In this document: in pieces, positions 23,255 through 38,200 of the stretch
How the letters are laid out: every line of letters begins with the position of its first letter
Numbering within the stretch: the stretch's first letter is position 1
Assembly: GCA_040954595.2 (NCBI GenBank)
Contig: CM082587.2
Span: forward strand, 3,797,993 to 3,861,992
Source: Balanoglossus misakiensis
Lineage: Eukaryota > Animalia > Hemichordata
DNA: 64,000 bases
Direction of reading: 5' to 3'
Made by a program: the position numbers and the translations under genes
Notes under the pieces: model-generated
Seen by the model: only the letters and a program-made list of their open reading frames with translations
Told to the model about the DNA's origin: nothing
The model's database searches: none

Positions 23255-26200
23255 ACAGTTGACAAAAAAGAGCTACAACAGTGGTAAGTAGCCAATTTTC
23301 AATTCCTGCCTCAATTGTCAATTATTGACACCAATTAATACAATTTATGTCTAGTTAATTACATTCAGTGGTATTATTTAATCAGACCAGTTCACACTAA
23401 GGGTCTCTTCAATCAACAGGTAGGTTGCTATGGATACAACTTCCATAGCAAGCAATTATTTATCTAAGGTTTAGATATGTACAGCTGTAACAGAGCAATT
23501 AAGTACCATAGCCACTGCTTTTTTAATTTTGGCAAAGCAATAGACAATCATTAGCATAATAATTGATTCTGTTGTTATGTCAATTACCACCACATGAGAA
23601 ATTCCTGGGACGAATGCTGTGCCTTCGGTGCTTTGCTGTAAGATAGTGCTAGCGTCGCTAATTTAGACAAAGAAGGCGTCAGTGACTTCTGACTCTGGCT
23701 AGTCTATACAAGCCTAGTGTCTGGTCTGGATTTGATTGGCTTTGCTGAACAGATGGCAGAGCCAAGAAGAGACAGATGAGATATTAGGCTGATGAAATGC
23801 GTGTATGTGAAATGCAGCATATTTCCAATGTTATACGATTGTGTCATGCGATATTGCGCCGACAGTTTATCCACACGGCATGTGCGTTTACGGTTCGTCA
23901 GGCTTATACTTGAGTTGCGTCTCATCCCGTTACCCTGTGATATCCCTTTCCGTGTGTGGGCGTTTCCGGCTTATCAGTATTGATGTTGGTGGAAGAGACT
24001 TTTGCGGAAAGTGAATAGCTTGTAACATGAATAGGATGGAGTGGATCGCCTTGAGATATAAACAGCTGTGTGGGTGTTCCAATATTCCAGAACTGTAAAG
24101 ATGTCTTTAAAATAGAAAATGAGATCTATTTGTTAGATCTTTCCGTTTCGTGCTCAACAAGAGATGAGAGCATAAAAGACATGCACGCAAGGATTTAAGC
24201 CAGAAAGGCTTAATTGCAGATTTTGAGATTCTCCTTTGTACATGCAAATGTTATCAAAATATGTATTAACAATAAAGGCTACTTGTTTTGAGATATACAT
24301 GTACATGATAGGCAGTAGATGTTGAGTCAGTATTTTTTTACCAATGAGACGAATTTCTATCTGCCAAATCATTTCATGAAGCCTAATTACTCTAAATTAA
24401 GCACAGTGACAATCTAATTGTGGTCAGAAACTGAGCAGTGGCTCAGATTATTGAGATGTATTACATATGCATGCCCACAACCACTGTGTGCCAATATTAA
24501 TCAGCATTTTCAACTCTACGCACCTGTGATATAATTAGCTCTCGGTGCGGCAGATAGCCAGGTTTTTTAAAGTGTTGGTGTCAGACTATGTTGACATGAA
24601 TTAACCCGTGTGATGAAGTTATTAGATTCGAATGACGTTATTTATTGCGGTGTTAAGGAATATCCCATCGTACGCTCCACTCATACTGAAATGCAATGTC
24701 TGCAACAAGCAATGTTGGTATCGGCCAATACATTGCTCCAGTACTAATAAACAGTTAATTCTGTTACCAGAGGTGAATTCTTACAAGTACGGTGTATTAA
24801 TTTCTGATCAAGTGTTTGATAAACCTGAAACTGCAGGAAGCTCCACTGCGGCTATTGAAATACCGATGTACTATGAGTGTATCATGAGGGTTGTTAACTG
24901 ACTTCATAATAAATCATTGCTGTCTCGTATCCCCCTGCGTTCGTGTTTGCACATAACACCTGTGTGATCCCGTCGCTGGACTGTGGTGGAATTCGGCGAT
25001 AAAATGCCTGTTCGTTCAAAATTGGTCAGTGTCTTACAATACTGTTGTGTATGGCTATAGCACCGCACTGTCCCAAGACGTCAAATATCATGTGTACATA
25101 CATCATGTGAACCTTGGCCATTAATATTCAAGATTTAATATCACAGGAATGTACTTTTTACATGCCTGTAATTCCCAGAAGTTCTTGGGGCTTTAATGTG
25201 TCCATGAAGAGCCTTTTCCGAGAGTGATGATGCAGTAAACAAATATTTAAATTGAGTTTTAATACCAACATGTGTATTGAACTCTTTTGCGTCATGTACA
25301 TGTATGGTTTCAAATTCAATCTATTACTATTATGGGTTTACTAGGATTTTGTCCAGAATAAAATATTGCATGCATATGATAGTACTGCAATGTTCTATGG
25401 AGAAGGGAAATTCAAGGAATAAGCAGATTTTGATAGCGGGACAAAAAATGTGTGGATTAGCATTTATTTTTTTTGTCCATCATCCAACGGGCGATAACAG
25501 TGTTTTCGCCCATTGGATGATGGACAAAAAAAAATTTAAAAAAAAATTATGTATATACATAAAAACATGTCCATGTCTGGGTATTGAACCCACCATCCTC
25601 TGATGGTCATTCTAACCATAACCTTGACCACCAGGGCACACTTGACCACTAGGCCACAATGTCTTCTATGTATATGCAAGTGTAGGAACTCTTTCTATTG
25701 CTGTTTTAGGCACATAACTTTGTTAAAGTACCGGTGTGCATTTTCCAAGTTTTGCCTCTTGAATTGAAAATGTATCATCACAAACAGCTGTAATTTGACC
25801 GAGCACTGTGTGAGAATTTGAGTTTCCCCTGCAACTCTCGGGGGGGGGGGGGGGGGGGGGGGGGTACCTGGTACCACCACCCTCAGAAAAAACTGATGGT
25901 TGCATATCATCTATACAAGTGCGTGCCGTGTATTTTCAAAGTGTTCTTTAGGGAACTATGTAGTCAAGACAGACCCTGTTCATTTGTCATGGTGTTTGAC
26001 CATTTAACATCCAAAAATAGACCTGCAGCTGCCCGTTAATGACATCATCATCGTCAACATGGGACAACTTTCTGGCAAATCTCGGATACGCTTGTGCGAT
26101 TGTACGCGTAACTTGGGATTTCCTCCATCATTTATTTACACTTTCACTTTCGTTGTCATCTCCGATTCGTGCATCTCATCAGATGGGTCATTCATGACAG

Positions 26201-29200
26201 ACTTCTGCATGTTTGCGTGGTTGTGGTTTAAACAGTTCTTCGCTTGGTAGAGCAAATTGATTGAGGGTGTTTTGTGTAAAATATTTATGGGAAGGATATT
26301 AGTTTAGTCTAAACAGCCACTTATTGAAAGGGATAGTACCGACCTTGCTGTAATGCAAAAGTTCGGTTGTTGACCAACATCATTTTAGTGATGCAGAAAT
26401 AAGCTACGGCTATAGAATATATCGTGCTCAGTGTTCATAGAGATGGCACTAAGCTGTCGACTAACATACACCAAGATCTCTTAATAAAAAGTAAACCACT
26501 CGTCATTTCATTGTTTCGTGAAAATCATGAGGCCCAGTGGAGTTGTTTGAGACTAACCACCTGAACCAGCCAATCTAGGTTCTTTAATTGGATTTAATGG
26601 AGCTAGCGATCGTCTGTGCGTGTGTGTTTAGATGTCCTAATTTATCCAGAATGATCCAGACACTGATTGCCAGCTGGACTCCCTAAATGAGGCATATTAA
26701 GAAGTTTATGTGGTTGTTGCGTCTTGTAATGGATTGACGAAATGTATTCTCTGCTTTGTATGCAAGGAAGGACGTACATCATCATCGGTGTGTGCAAAAG
26801 ATTTGATCTGCGCAGTTCAGTTTTCGAGGAACTACATCAAGGGTCTGTGATATTGCGATGTTCGTGAATAAAATAACAGCCAAGCAATCATGATAAAGTA
26901 AGCCTGCAGGCAGAGAATTTTATTTTGAAAAATTGGTGTCGTCAATAATAAATCAGATTCCAGTGAAGGTACATGTATGATATCATATGACTAGATATGA
27001 ATTACTCTGTACTGTACAAACCAGAACTAAGCTTACGACTGGGTCAGCTCTGAGCTAACACAAGGCAAGGCAACCAGGTTGGGAAGGGATTGTGGTGTGA
27101 TAAATTCTTGTGTGTACTGGCATTTCTGTGGTCCTGGCAACAGATAATTTGGGGAAACTCAATGTGAAGCCAGAGGATTTTCTTCGGTTCAATCAGATAT
27201 ATTTTTCACTTTACTTTCTGTCAACATTGTTTGACACTGAGGACTTTGCCACAGATACTCAAATAGACCAAACACGTCTCTCAGAGTATGTGAGATGAGC
27301 CATAAGGGGACAAAAACTGTTGTTTATCAGCAAAGGCTTGTCACTCAACAGCGTTGGCAGGGGTTGCCATGGTTATGGATTGGGCCTACACATACTTTAC
27401 TGTGCTGCGAAAAATGTGTGAGCTGGAGAATTGTCTGCAGTGCTTCAATACTTGAAAATGCCTCCAGCAAATTTTCGCATCAACATTTTATCTGTCGCCA
27501 TGGTGTAGCCAAAGTCTTTGATGTCAATTTTTGAAGAATTTCTTTTAAGAATGCATATATCTTCTTTCGTTGGCAATGCTTGATTGAACACCAAAGTACT
27601 GCCCCTGGGAGTTTTATAAAAATATGTTATCGTATAAAAGGTAGTCATCGTTTGTGCCAGAATATATATTTTGAACAGACATGTGCATGTATGTTTATAC
27701 ATTGATTTGCCGTGCAAGTTTTTGTAGGTCAGACGCCATGTACAAGTCAACGATAGTATCATTTAGATTGATTGTCATGATGCCGGCCTAAAGCTCGTAG
27801 AATTAAGCAATCTCGGAGGTAATTTAGAAGAAATGATGTCGCAGATGTTTTATGCAACAGTAGTAATCGAGTTTAGTACGATAAAATTGAAATCTTGGTT
27901 TCGGATCGTGGTCAGAAAATTCAGGCAGTGGCGCCTTCAGATTGATTTCGATTCAACCAAAAGATGCTTTGTAAAATTTGAATGTGATCTTGGAAACTGA
28001 AACAACTTGTAGTCAGTGTCTGCTAGCAGCTACTGAATATTTAACAACTATGGTCCTAAACCTAGGACCAAGAACTCCTGAACACATGGGAGATTGATTG
28101 GTGGGGGCGAATGTTCCTTTCGAAGAACATGCTTGTTTTTTTTTGCGTCGGAGATTGCCGTTGTGCTGTGGATTTCTTGTATTCTGATATCCTTAATCCT
28201 ACAACTGCAGAGAGGATTAGGTTAATGTTTGCACTAGGGAAGGGAATTTTATTTCATTTGAACTTTTGGGCTCATGGCTAGAGATACGTGTACGTCTCAT
28301 TTGCTTTAATGACACAATCTGTCATCAATCTGATAAATGCCACCAGTTGGTCAGCCAATCAGCTTTGGCCACCGGCTGCAATCGATCGAGTGTGTGTTCA
28401 ATCTTCCAGACACATGATTGAAAAACCAGTCCGCCCAGAAAAAATCTGCGAAGTTGTCCCCGAGTTTTCCGTGACATGTCAAGATTTGCGATGAGACATG
28501 CTAAAAGTCATGCACAGGCAAACCAATTAGCGACAGTAATGGTCCTTTTTTCAATCCAGATCTCATGTCAGCTGCATCATAAACGTTGCCACAGAGAAAT
28601 GATGATTGCCGTAGACTGATCAATTAGCCTTCCTTATTGCACCAAAGGCTATAAGCAGCATGCACTTTTATTCTATTCATCTGGGAACTATGATTCTCTT
28701 TGGAGATTCCATTTTGGACCACCGATACTCAGTTATTAAAAGATTGAAACTTTTCATTCCATAAACTCTTAAGATTGTCACCTTTCCTACGAGACTCAAA
28801 GCTTTCTCTGATGATTACTGAAAGGTGTTTTTGTACAAGTAAAAAACCCCCCAAATAAATGGATGAATGGAACATCAGCAGGCCTGTGCATGTACGTGTT
28901 CGTCACAGGTGAATGTCTAAATGGATGACACATCTTGATCACCAGTGCTACACAGAGACATGGTCTAGTTTCCATTTGGTTGATCATGCATCACGCCACA
29001 TTACACAGGTGTGTGACTAAAACAATTTCAGATTGGTCCCGATGAACTCTCCTGAAGCGTTCATGTGCCATCGTACATTGAACTGTGGGTAACCTTACGT
29101 AGAGCACAGTGCCTGCTGGGAACTCAGAGATGACGAGCACAGTCTTCACAGTGTTTTTCAAAATTCTGCAGCTGTTTTTCATTAAACCCAGAGACTGCCA

Positions 29201-32200
29201 AGTATTTTCATGTAGTCGCACATGTATGTAAGTGTCCAGTTGGAGTATAGTGTTGCATTCAACCACCTGTTTCACTGTGTTGGGTGCCAGTCAGATATTC
29301 CAGAAACGTTGAATGTTGGGTGTATTAGAATGTCATGACTTGTCTCTCCTCTATGCTTACTTTGTAATGTATCCAGCATTTTGATATCGTCAATTGCAAG
29401 TTTAATCCCAAAATTGAAAGTAGCATGCGAAAATACATGCAGTGTATTGGGTGATAAACACTCCATACATGTACATGCGATATGTACATTATGCAACCTA
29501 TAGACAATTCTCTTGATTCTCTTGGCTGCGATGAGAATTTCAATTTAGACTCATCTTTGATTCATCTGTGATTCTTCATGCGGCCCAGATGCATAGAGAT
29601 GAATCACAGATTTTAGCATTCAGGAATAGCATTTAGGGTGACTCTCGTGGTCGCCCGTAAATGCCAAGAGACATGCCTTGGAAGTGTGATGATTAAATTT
29701 CAAGTCTATTAATAGAAGAGATCTTGGTTGTCTTCAGGTGTACATTTTGTAGTCTGAATGTAATTCTGGAGAGCTGTCTCTCGTATGGTTTCATTCCAGT
29801 GTTTACAGTACACATAAAATTCTAGCAAATGATGATGATGAGATAAGCGATAAGGAAATGAGCAATAAGCATAGAAACCATCTTCTTTGAACACAAAACC
29901 CCGATGATAAACTGAAGCCAGGCAATGTGTATTGTATGTAACACAGCACATATTTCACATAATGCCTGTGGGTGAAACTTGATCAGGTCAGTCGGCAGTA
30001 ATATCTACTTAAAATCTGCTAAACGTGCTGTATAGCAGTTATCAGCTGCAATTATGGCAATTATTTATTGCAAGTTGGCAGGTTTTAGTTGTACATTCGC
30101 GGGATGATTAATAGCACCTATATTGGCAGATCTTATAACAACTGTATTAGAAGACGAAATTGATTTTCCAAGGTGGTATTAATAACGACCGTGTAAGGCT
30201 AGAAATAATTATCTGATAGTGTCAAATCTGATTCGTCACTGTGTAATAAATGAGGGTATTAAGTTTTTCTTAGAAATGAGCTGGGAGAGGATACTTGTTT
30301 CAGCTCCAAATGAAATAGTTTGTGAAAAGTGCATTGTGTCACCGCGATTATGTGCTACTGTAATTTCCTCAGTGTACTGTTTGCTGGGTCATTGTACTGG
30401 TGATTGAATCAAGCATCGCACTGTGTACAAGCGAATACAATGCAGTGGAAATTAGCTCGGCGTGGCATTTGGACGCAGGGTGCTTGAAATTTTGTTTGAT
30501 TGTGAGTGATATGGCAAGCCGTGGTAAGATCATCATTATCTCATACAGACCCACTCAGCTATGCACATACACCCCCACACACTTATAAGCAGGTCTGTCC
30601 CTATTGGGTATCTGTGATTGGAAAACTTTTCAAAATATTTATGATTGCTTCAGTCACATAATTGTGTCCTACAATGTACATTTGTACTTCTGGATGTGGT
30701 CTGTGACCACCTGTTGATTACTCACAATTTACTGGTAGTGCTTTTTTTAAAGGACTGAAGAAATTGTTCAGTTTGCAGAGGTGTTCAGTTTATAGAGGCT
30801 GATCAAATCCACAGTCAACTCCATGTGATTGCATTCACATGAGACCTGTCTCAATAAAAATCATCCATTGACATGTCTGAATCTTCCTAACCAAAACTTT
30901 AATTACCCCAATGACAATGCACAAAGTTCTATTACTCTTTCCAGGGCATGTACTTGCTTAGTGTAGGCTCTGTTGCTAGTTATGTGCTTTTACTTGTACT
31001 TTCCCAATCAACTTGCGATAATGAGGAATTTCAATCATAATAACCTCGCAAATTTAATGCCTGGTGGCTGTATTTCATTTATCCTCCCAAGATGTCATCC
31101 TTCAACTTCTATTTAGATGGTTAGGATGAATTTGATAAATGATAGGTGCCAGGGCCTCCATCATAAAAACCTGTGCCTGTTTATGATCTTACATATATAG
31201 CATCATTTTATCTATACTTTCAGTTCTTGTGGTATCTCTGTCCCTGGACTAATTCTCCTCTCCTATTTTAATTTCTTTCCAGGCACCGTGATTTTATGAA
31301 GGACTGTCCCAGTGGAGCTTTACGCAAAGAAGTAAGTTGATCAAAAGAAGTGGTGATATTTCTTTGGCACATTGGCAATCTGCAATCCAGTGGCTAGATG
31401 GTGGTAGCAGAAATGCGTGGGTTGGTGCCCATGCAGAGAAGCCAACATGAGAAAAATGGGAAAAAAAAATAACACGTGATAACAATGGCCATATTTTTCT
31501 CACAGTGTACCACTACACACAGGAGAATGCGTCACATGAAACCGCAGCAGAGGGAAGAGATTATAATACTGTAATAGCGAGCGCGATGAGCAATTGTCTG
31601 ACCTGAGCGGTTCGCGCTGCATCACCCAGACGTGCCCAGGGCAGTCAGTTCACATCCCAAATCAATTTCCACAATAACCACTTAGTCCATTTTGATCTTT
31701 GTAGCTGTTGCCATGGCAAAGCGAATTAAAATTCTTGCTGAGGCTCTCAGTGTGTCAGAGTGCTCCATGGGAACTGTTCAACCCAGTCTCTATTGAATCA
31801 GTTGGACTTCAGTCCCCGGAATCCTGTAGATTCCTCCTTCTCTGCTGTGATAAACCAGCCTTAGCCCACAACAGTCTTCGTGCTTTTCGAGGAATTCATG
31901 ATACAATAGCTTTGAGCGGAGAGTTTAACAAGAAGTACGAAACAAATGTCCTTGGGATTCAGTTGCTTATGAATCAGGTGATTGACAGCGAAATCGGGGT
32001 TCAACAACCATCAGTACAAACGGGCTTTCTTTAAAAAGGTTGAAATTTTCAAAATTCAAAGAATCTCTTTCAGAAATTCATATGGCAAGTGGGCATCTTT
32101 ATTTTTTGCATTCAACTGATAAGAGCAATTTCATGTGACGTGAATTTTAATTACGTGGGAAGGCCAAATGTCACGATAACTTTGAATGTGTAGGGGTGAA

Positions 32201-35200
32201 TATTCTTGGCAATTATACTGCACTTACAAGTCATGAGGAAACCTGTGAACTCCAGCAAAGATGTAGTCGCTTTATAACTGCGGAAGCTTATTTATGTCAG
32301 ACATTTTGGGCATTCAATTGGTTACTTGCCTACACACAGGCACGTTTGTCTTCTCAAAGTGATTTGTGTCTTGTGTTATTTTGTATCGTACTGCCTATCT
32401 GCATTTTATCTGTACCCATTATTTTGGTCTACCAGGGAATTTTCTTCTTATGTGTCTCCCCCCTTTATTCTCACAACGTGAGCTTTGCTCCATCAACTCA
32501 GACTTGTTTTCACTTCAGTGCAAATAATCCAGACGGTAGAACCTAGGGAATCTAAAAAATCTAATCCGAAAAGCTCTAAGTCCATTACAGCTAAAGCCTG
32601 ATGTCAGCACTACTGACCTGGAAAACTGAGTGTTTAAGGAAATGTCAGTGGAACTTAGCGCGGGGGTGGTGTTTATTTGCCGATACAACTTACAAAAGAA
32701 ATGTTTGAAATAATTTATGACGTGACTTTCTCTTTTAGCCTATTTTATGTCATTATTGTACAGACACTACTTTAAATGCAAGTGTTACATTTGAGGAAAT
32801 GTTGGTACTCGAAAACATATCCAGATTTACTGCTTTATATGCTACATGGACGGGGTAAATCTGATTCTAATGCACCAGTGCAAAATACACTAGAGGATGT
32901 GCATGTATATTACATGTAAGAGTCTTGAATTGTGCATAGGAAATTGTATGCATTACCGGTACTAACTGGGCAGTGCTTAGAGTAATTCAGTATTAGGATA
33001 AGTGCACCCTGTATGACCAAAGATAAATTAGATATCTACATTGGGTAATTTTTGTTTTCCAAGGCTGGGCGGTAATCCTTTGTGATACAAACAAGTATCG
33101 TAACGGCTTTTGACAGTATTCTGAAACAACCATTTTGTATATATGAAAATTAGTTTGAGATTTGAAGCTAGTTCTTCATGTACATGCTTCTGTGGACAGG
33201 ATTAATCATAGACTGTCTGTGGCTTAATAAAGTTGGTGCTTGAGTATTATAAGAGTCTAAATGGAAAAAAGGGGGATTTGGTTGACTTCCTGTACAAAAA
33301 ATAGCTTAGATGGTGCATCATCCTGTCCGGATCCTGACTTTTGACCCCGGAGCGCTATACAGTCACATGGGAATTAATCAGTTCAAAGCAAAGAGTTGAA
33401 TCATATCAGGACCTCATCTGACATTTTTAAAAGAAATTAGACTTCAATTCCCATAACCCCTGAGACAAACATGGGATGATTGTTGGGTTCACTATGCAAA
33501 TAAAACTGGCACATAACTTGTCATTTCCGTTTCATTGATCTCGTTCTGTGGTCTCTAAAAAGCAGATACTTTTATACCACTTCCCCAGTGTGTTTATATC
33601 GGAAAAATGATCAGATTACAAGCGGGCTACAAGCATTTATGTCCTTGTTAATGCATCAGATTCCGTTAATGACCTTGATACATCACCTCTGCAGTGTAGA
33701 CTTCTTTGATACAAATTCCTGTGTGGGGTTTGAATAATTTAACAGAATTTCTGCAACAGGATTCTTGTTTTTATTTTCTCAGCTGGTTAACAATTTTTAT
33801 CTGGAGTATTAAAAGTGACTCATTGGGACATGATGAATTACATCACTTTGGCATTTTGGTGGACATTTGGACTTTAACAATTGACCGATTAATTCTTATC
33901 ATTATTGGCATATAGTAATGTGAAATGCATATCAGTCCATCTTGTATGTAGGCGGTTGGGTGAAAAAAATTCTCAGTATGGCTACTATTTTACGGTAATA
34001 TGAGAATCTCTATTTCAGAGTTAACCCCAGATTGAAGGATGTGGTTGCCATGCAACCATTCCTGATGGGAGTCATTAAGTTTCATAGGAAAACATAATCA
34101 TGGTGGTTGTGGTTATATAGGTAAAACTGAATATGCAGGCTTCCCCTGTGAATGTAGACATTTGTTTGTGTTTCTCACCTCCACTGGTACAGCTATCAAT
34201 GAATAAAATTGTGTCTTAATAGCGTGGTCGCTATGTGAGTCGTCAAGTCAAATCACCATTGACAGTATATGTGTTTACTGCGCAGTAACTCCCCAATGAC
34301 TGACTGTCACACCCAAAATATCACAGTCAGCTGTCTTTCTTGCAATGTGGTGAGCTGAGGCCATTCAGCAGCTGTGACCTGTCAACATACATTCCATGCT
34401 TGGAAAATTTGACCTTGAGATAAAAAAAGGAAAATTGAATATGATCATGCTTGTGATGCTAACGGTGAATCTGTATATTAAATGTTGAGAGCACTTGGTT
34501 TGAAAGTCACGCAAACACTTCCCAATGTGTTTTTGAGAATATCCAGCTTGAGCTGGAGCTGTCTTATGCAGTCAAGTATTTGACCATGGAATTACCTGAT
34601 TACATGCTTGAACTTTCAAAAATCCTTGGACAGTAAAAAACGTAGGACCAACATTTGATTTTGTTTCTCATCCCCAAACTATAACACAGCTTTGTCTGTT
34701 TTCTGTCTTCCAGGAGTTTCAAACAATTTACCAACAGTTTTTCCCAAATGGGGATCCAAGCAAGTTTGCAAACTTTGTGTTTAATGTTTTCGATTCAGAT
34801 AAGGTAAGTGTTGACTACCATTGTATATTTATCAAAACAAGCGCCATCGCTGTTGTACCACTCAAGCTGCAGATGGACTGGAAAAAATGATGAGCATGCA
34901 GTGACCTCTGTAAACTGGCATACTTTGACTTTTTGTTGTGTCTGTATGTGCCTTGTGGTTGCATTCTAGTTCACTTGGGTCAAGGTTCAAACAAATTTTC
35001 TGATAAATTGAATGTCACTGCTTGTTGCCGTGACATTTTGATGCCAATTTTCTTCTATCCATATGGCCCCCTAGATGCCAGCATTGAACACATTATCCAA
35101 AGTTGTAATCCATGAGCACATAATTATGCAAATATAAACTACATTTTCTGTCTGTATTTACAAAGCATACATCAGTGTTAGTGATACATAAGCGTAATGT

Positions 35201-38200
35201 ATTGTATGATTGGAGAAATTCGATCTATTTTTCACATTGTGACAAGTTATTTTATTACCCTGCCCAGTCATTACCAAGAAGAAAAAAGCAATTATCAGCG
35301 TATTAGCGAACCTCCAAATTTGCAGTAATTGCATGTTCTCGTCAAAAGACTTCTATTAGTGCAATTTCCCAACCCTCAGCTACCTGTAAACAGCGTCTGT
35401 ATGTTGGCCAATCAGTCGCATTCTCTGGCTGCATCATTGCCGCACGGGAGGTCAAGACTGCGCAGTCAAAACTTCAATTTTCATCAAAGTCAGGGAATAT
35501 ACACATAATGATTGATAGAGCTCAGTAGCTGCAGCAGACAGTCCGTGGGTTACAGAAGTTAATTTCACGAGTGGTGCAGTGTATGCAGTGGCTGTGCTAT
35601 TACTCGCTGTACTCAGGGCATTACCGGAGAATTGCACCATGTTATCACTCATGAAAACAACTTCTGTAACCTCACAGATATTCACACCAAGTCTTGAGGT
35701 TCTGTAACATCGTTCCTCGATCGCCTGATGCATTGTATCGTTTGCAATTGAGGGCAAGGACATATTGATGTTTTTCAACCAGTCAGCATAAATAACACAC
35801 ACAAATAAGACCTCTAAATCAGATAAGTGTGATTTCTGACTCTGTATTTTCAGGACGGTTATATCACATTTAAAGAATTCATCTGTGCTTTATCAGTGAC
35901 ATCAAGAGGCACTCTCGATGAAAAGTTAGATTGTGAGTATCGCCGTGTTACCATGGTAATCCATCCTTTTGTCAACCATAAAACCTCCTCGCATGGATGG
36001 ATTTTATTTCCGATTATTCTGATACTCTCGTACAGTTTTACAACGCATTAATAAACCCATGTGGCATAAACCTTGTTTGCATTCATGGTTCGTAACAACC
36101 AACTAGAAATGCTGAAGAGCCTCTTTAATGTGAAATTCAATGCAATTATCATATATTCTGTCTTCCCCAATCCTTTCTGTAGGGGCTTTTAATTTATATG
36201 ACTTAGACAATGATGGATACATAACCAGGCAAGAGATGCTGGACATCGTAGATGCAATCTATAAGATGGTGGTAAGTACCTCTGTTTACCTTCAGTGACA
36301 CAGATAAGGAAATGCAGTTTGGGGAGAGGGGGGGGGACATCTTTTTTTCTTCACGATTCATCATTTAACGAGTTTGATATTTTAACTGAGTGTTTTGTTA
36401 CATTTTTGCAGGGCAACATGTTAGATCTTCCCAAAGATGAAGACACGCCCGAGAAGAGAGTCAATAAAATATTCTCACAAATGGACACGGTGAGTGTGAT
36501 CTCTACGTGTGATTCAACAAAGTGTGGCATTGTGTTCGAACCATGATGTTTTCCTGGCTTCTCTCCCTGCGTGTTTTTCGCACGCACCAATTGAGTCATC
36601 GGATTTATCGGCCAGCTCTTTCAGTTACCGTCGTCAAGGTGACCGCAGTTGTGGCTGAAAGATGCGTTGCTCCCGGCGCCCTCCGTGATTCCCCGGCCCC
36701 AGAAGGGAATCACAGAAAAAAGAGACTTTAGCCACGGGTGGGCCTGTCTGTCTATCATATGACATCATTATCGGGGCACCCCATGGGTTTGCCTTCCACG
36801 CAGGGAACTGCGTCAGTCCGCGGATGACATCACTTGAGATCACGAAGTTGTCGCAAGTTAACCATGATGGAGTACTGGATTGTCCATTTGCACTCAGGGG
36901 CAAAATTTTGTCAGTTACCGGGATTTGACGTGCCCTCTGTCAGTGACATTTTACACCTGACATACATGTACTGAGATGAATATATTCAAGAGTATCAAGT
37001 TTAGAAAACTGACTCAGAGCAATTTCAATACATCACAAAAAAATCAATATCTTTCGGATAACTGTCGTCACATAAAATTTGTACATCACCGTTGAAAATA
37101 AAGCCAGAGAGAGAGAAAGGGGATCTCAGTTTCCATCTGCAATAGGCTCATTCATCATTAATTGCACAAATGGCAAGTTTGGCATCATTCCATGTGCTTC
37201 ACGTCATAACAGACGAATCAGGCGTACATCCTATATGAAAGAAAGACCATCTCAAGCCATGAAAAATTAATGATACCCTGGTACAGTGCTATATTTGGTG
37301 ATGATCTCTAACCAAGATGCAGTGCATGGAACATTGAGCATGGTTCAATGTTGACATCAGTCTGGTTGCTAGGGATTTAGATGTGCATTTGAACATACAT
37401 GTACGCATCATTCCCAGTCAGTTTTTCGTCACCAAATGGTAACACTAACAGCATTATGCAAGATTCTGGGTATTTCTGTGTGACTGGCAACTAGCCAGAT
37501 GTTTGCTCTGAACACATACATGTTTGTGATCGCAGAAATTCAGCATTCAAAATATGGGTTCTGTTGCCATGGCTACTGTGAATGTTAATCATAAATTGTC
37601 GTGTTTTCCCTCATTCCCAAAGGTGCCCTTATTTGACATTTATCTTACGGATAATGCAATAGTGTGGAGTCAGGAAAGCACTAGTTTTACATGTACACCT
37701 GACAGCTGCGTTATTAGACTTCCATGAGAATACCTTAAAGGCCTGTGTATGATCTTAATTAAAGGTGCAACTCTCCATCCCTGTGGCCCCACTCAAGGGT
37801 GCATGATATGAAAGTATTGCCTTTTCTTCAAATGTTACTTGTGGAGTTTTATAGTCTGAAAGATTCACAACTCATTACATAATTCTCTGTAATATGTACC
37901 GGTATATTATTTACGCAATTGTATGATAAATATTCACTTTTTTCTTGTTTATACAAAAAAACAGCATGCCTGATTTCATAATTGTTCAGTGGAACCCACT
38001 TTGAGATCCCTTTAATGGTCTAAAGATCCAGCCATTATCAGCATTATCCAGGTAAAGCTGCTCAAATTACGGAGATATGTATGGTCGGTGATTTATAGAG
38101 ATAATAGACAACCTACTGACCAACGGCAATTAAGGGTGCACTATGAAAACATCAAATTTGTCTCCTCTGATAAGATCGCATAGAGAATTGCTAGAAAAAC

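Noticed and set aside
25570-25657. Functional tRNA gene
   Set aside because: A and B boxes are present, but there is no acceptor or anticodon stem pairing and there is an internal duplication, so it is treated as a SINE relic.
23284-34713. Hidden nested gene or mutually exclusive exons in the large NCS1 introns
   Set aside because: The short ORFs there show no recognisable motifs and I found no duplicate of the EF-hand exons by eye. Small exons cannot be excluded without RNA-seq.
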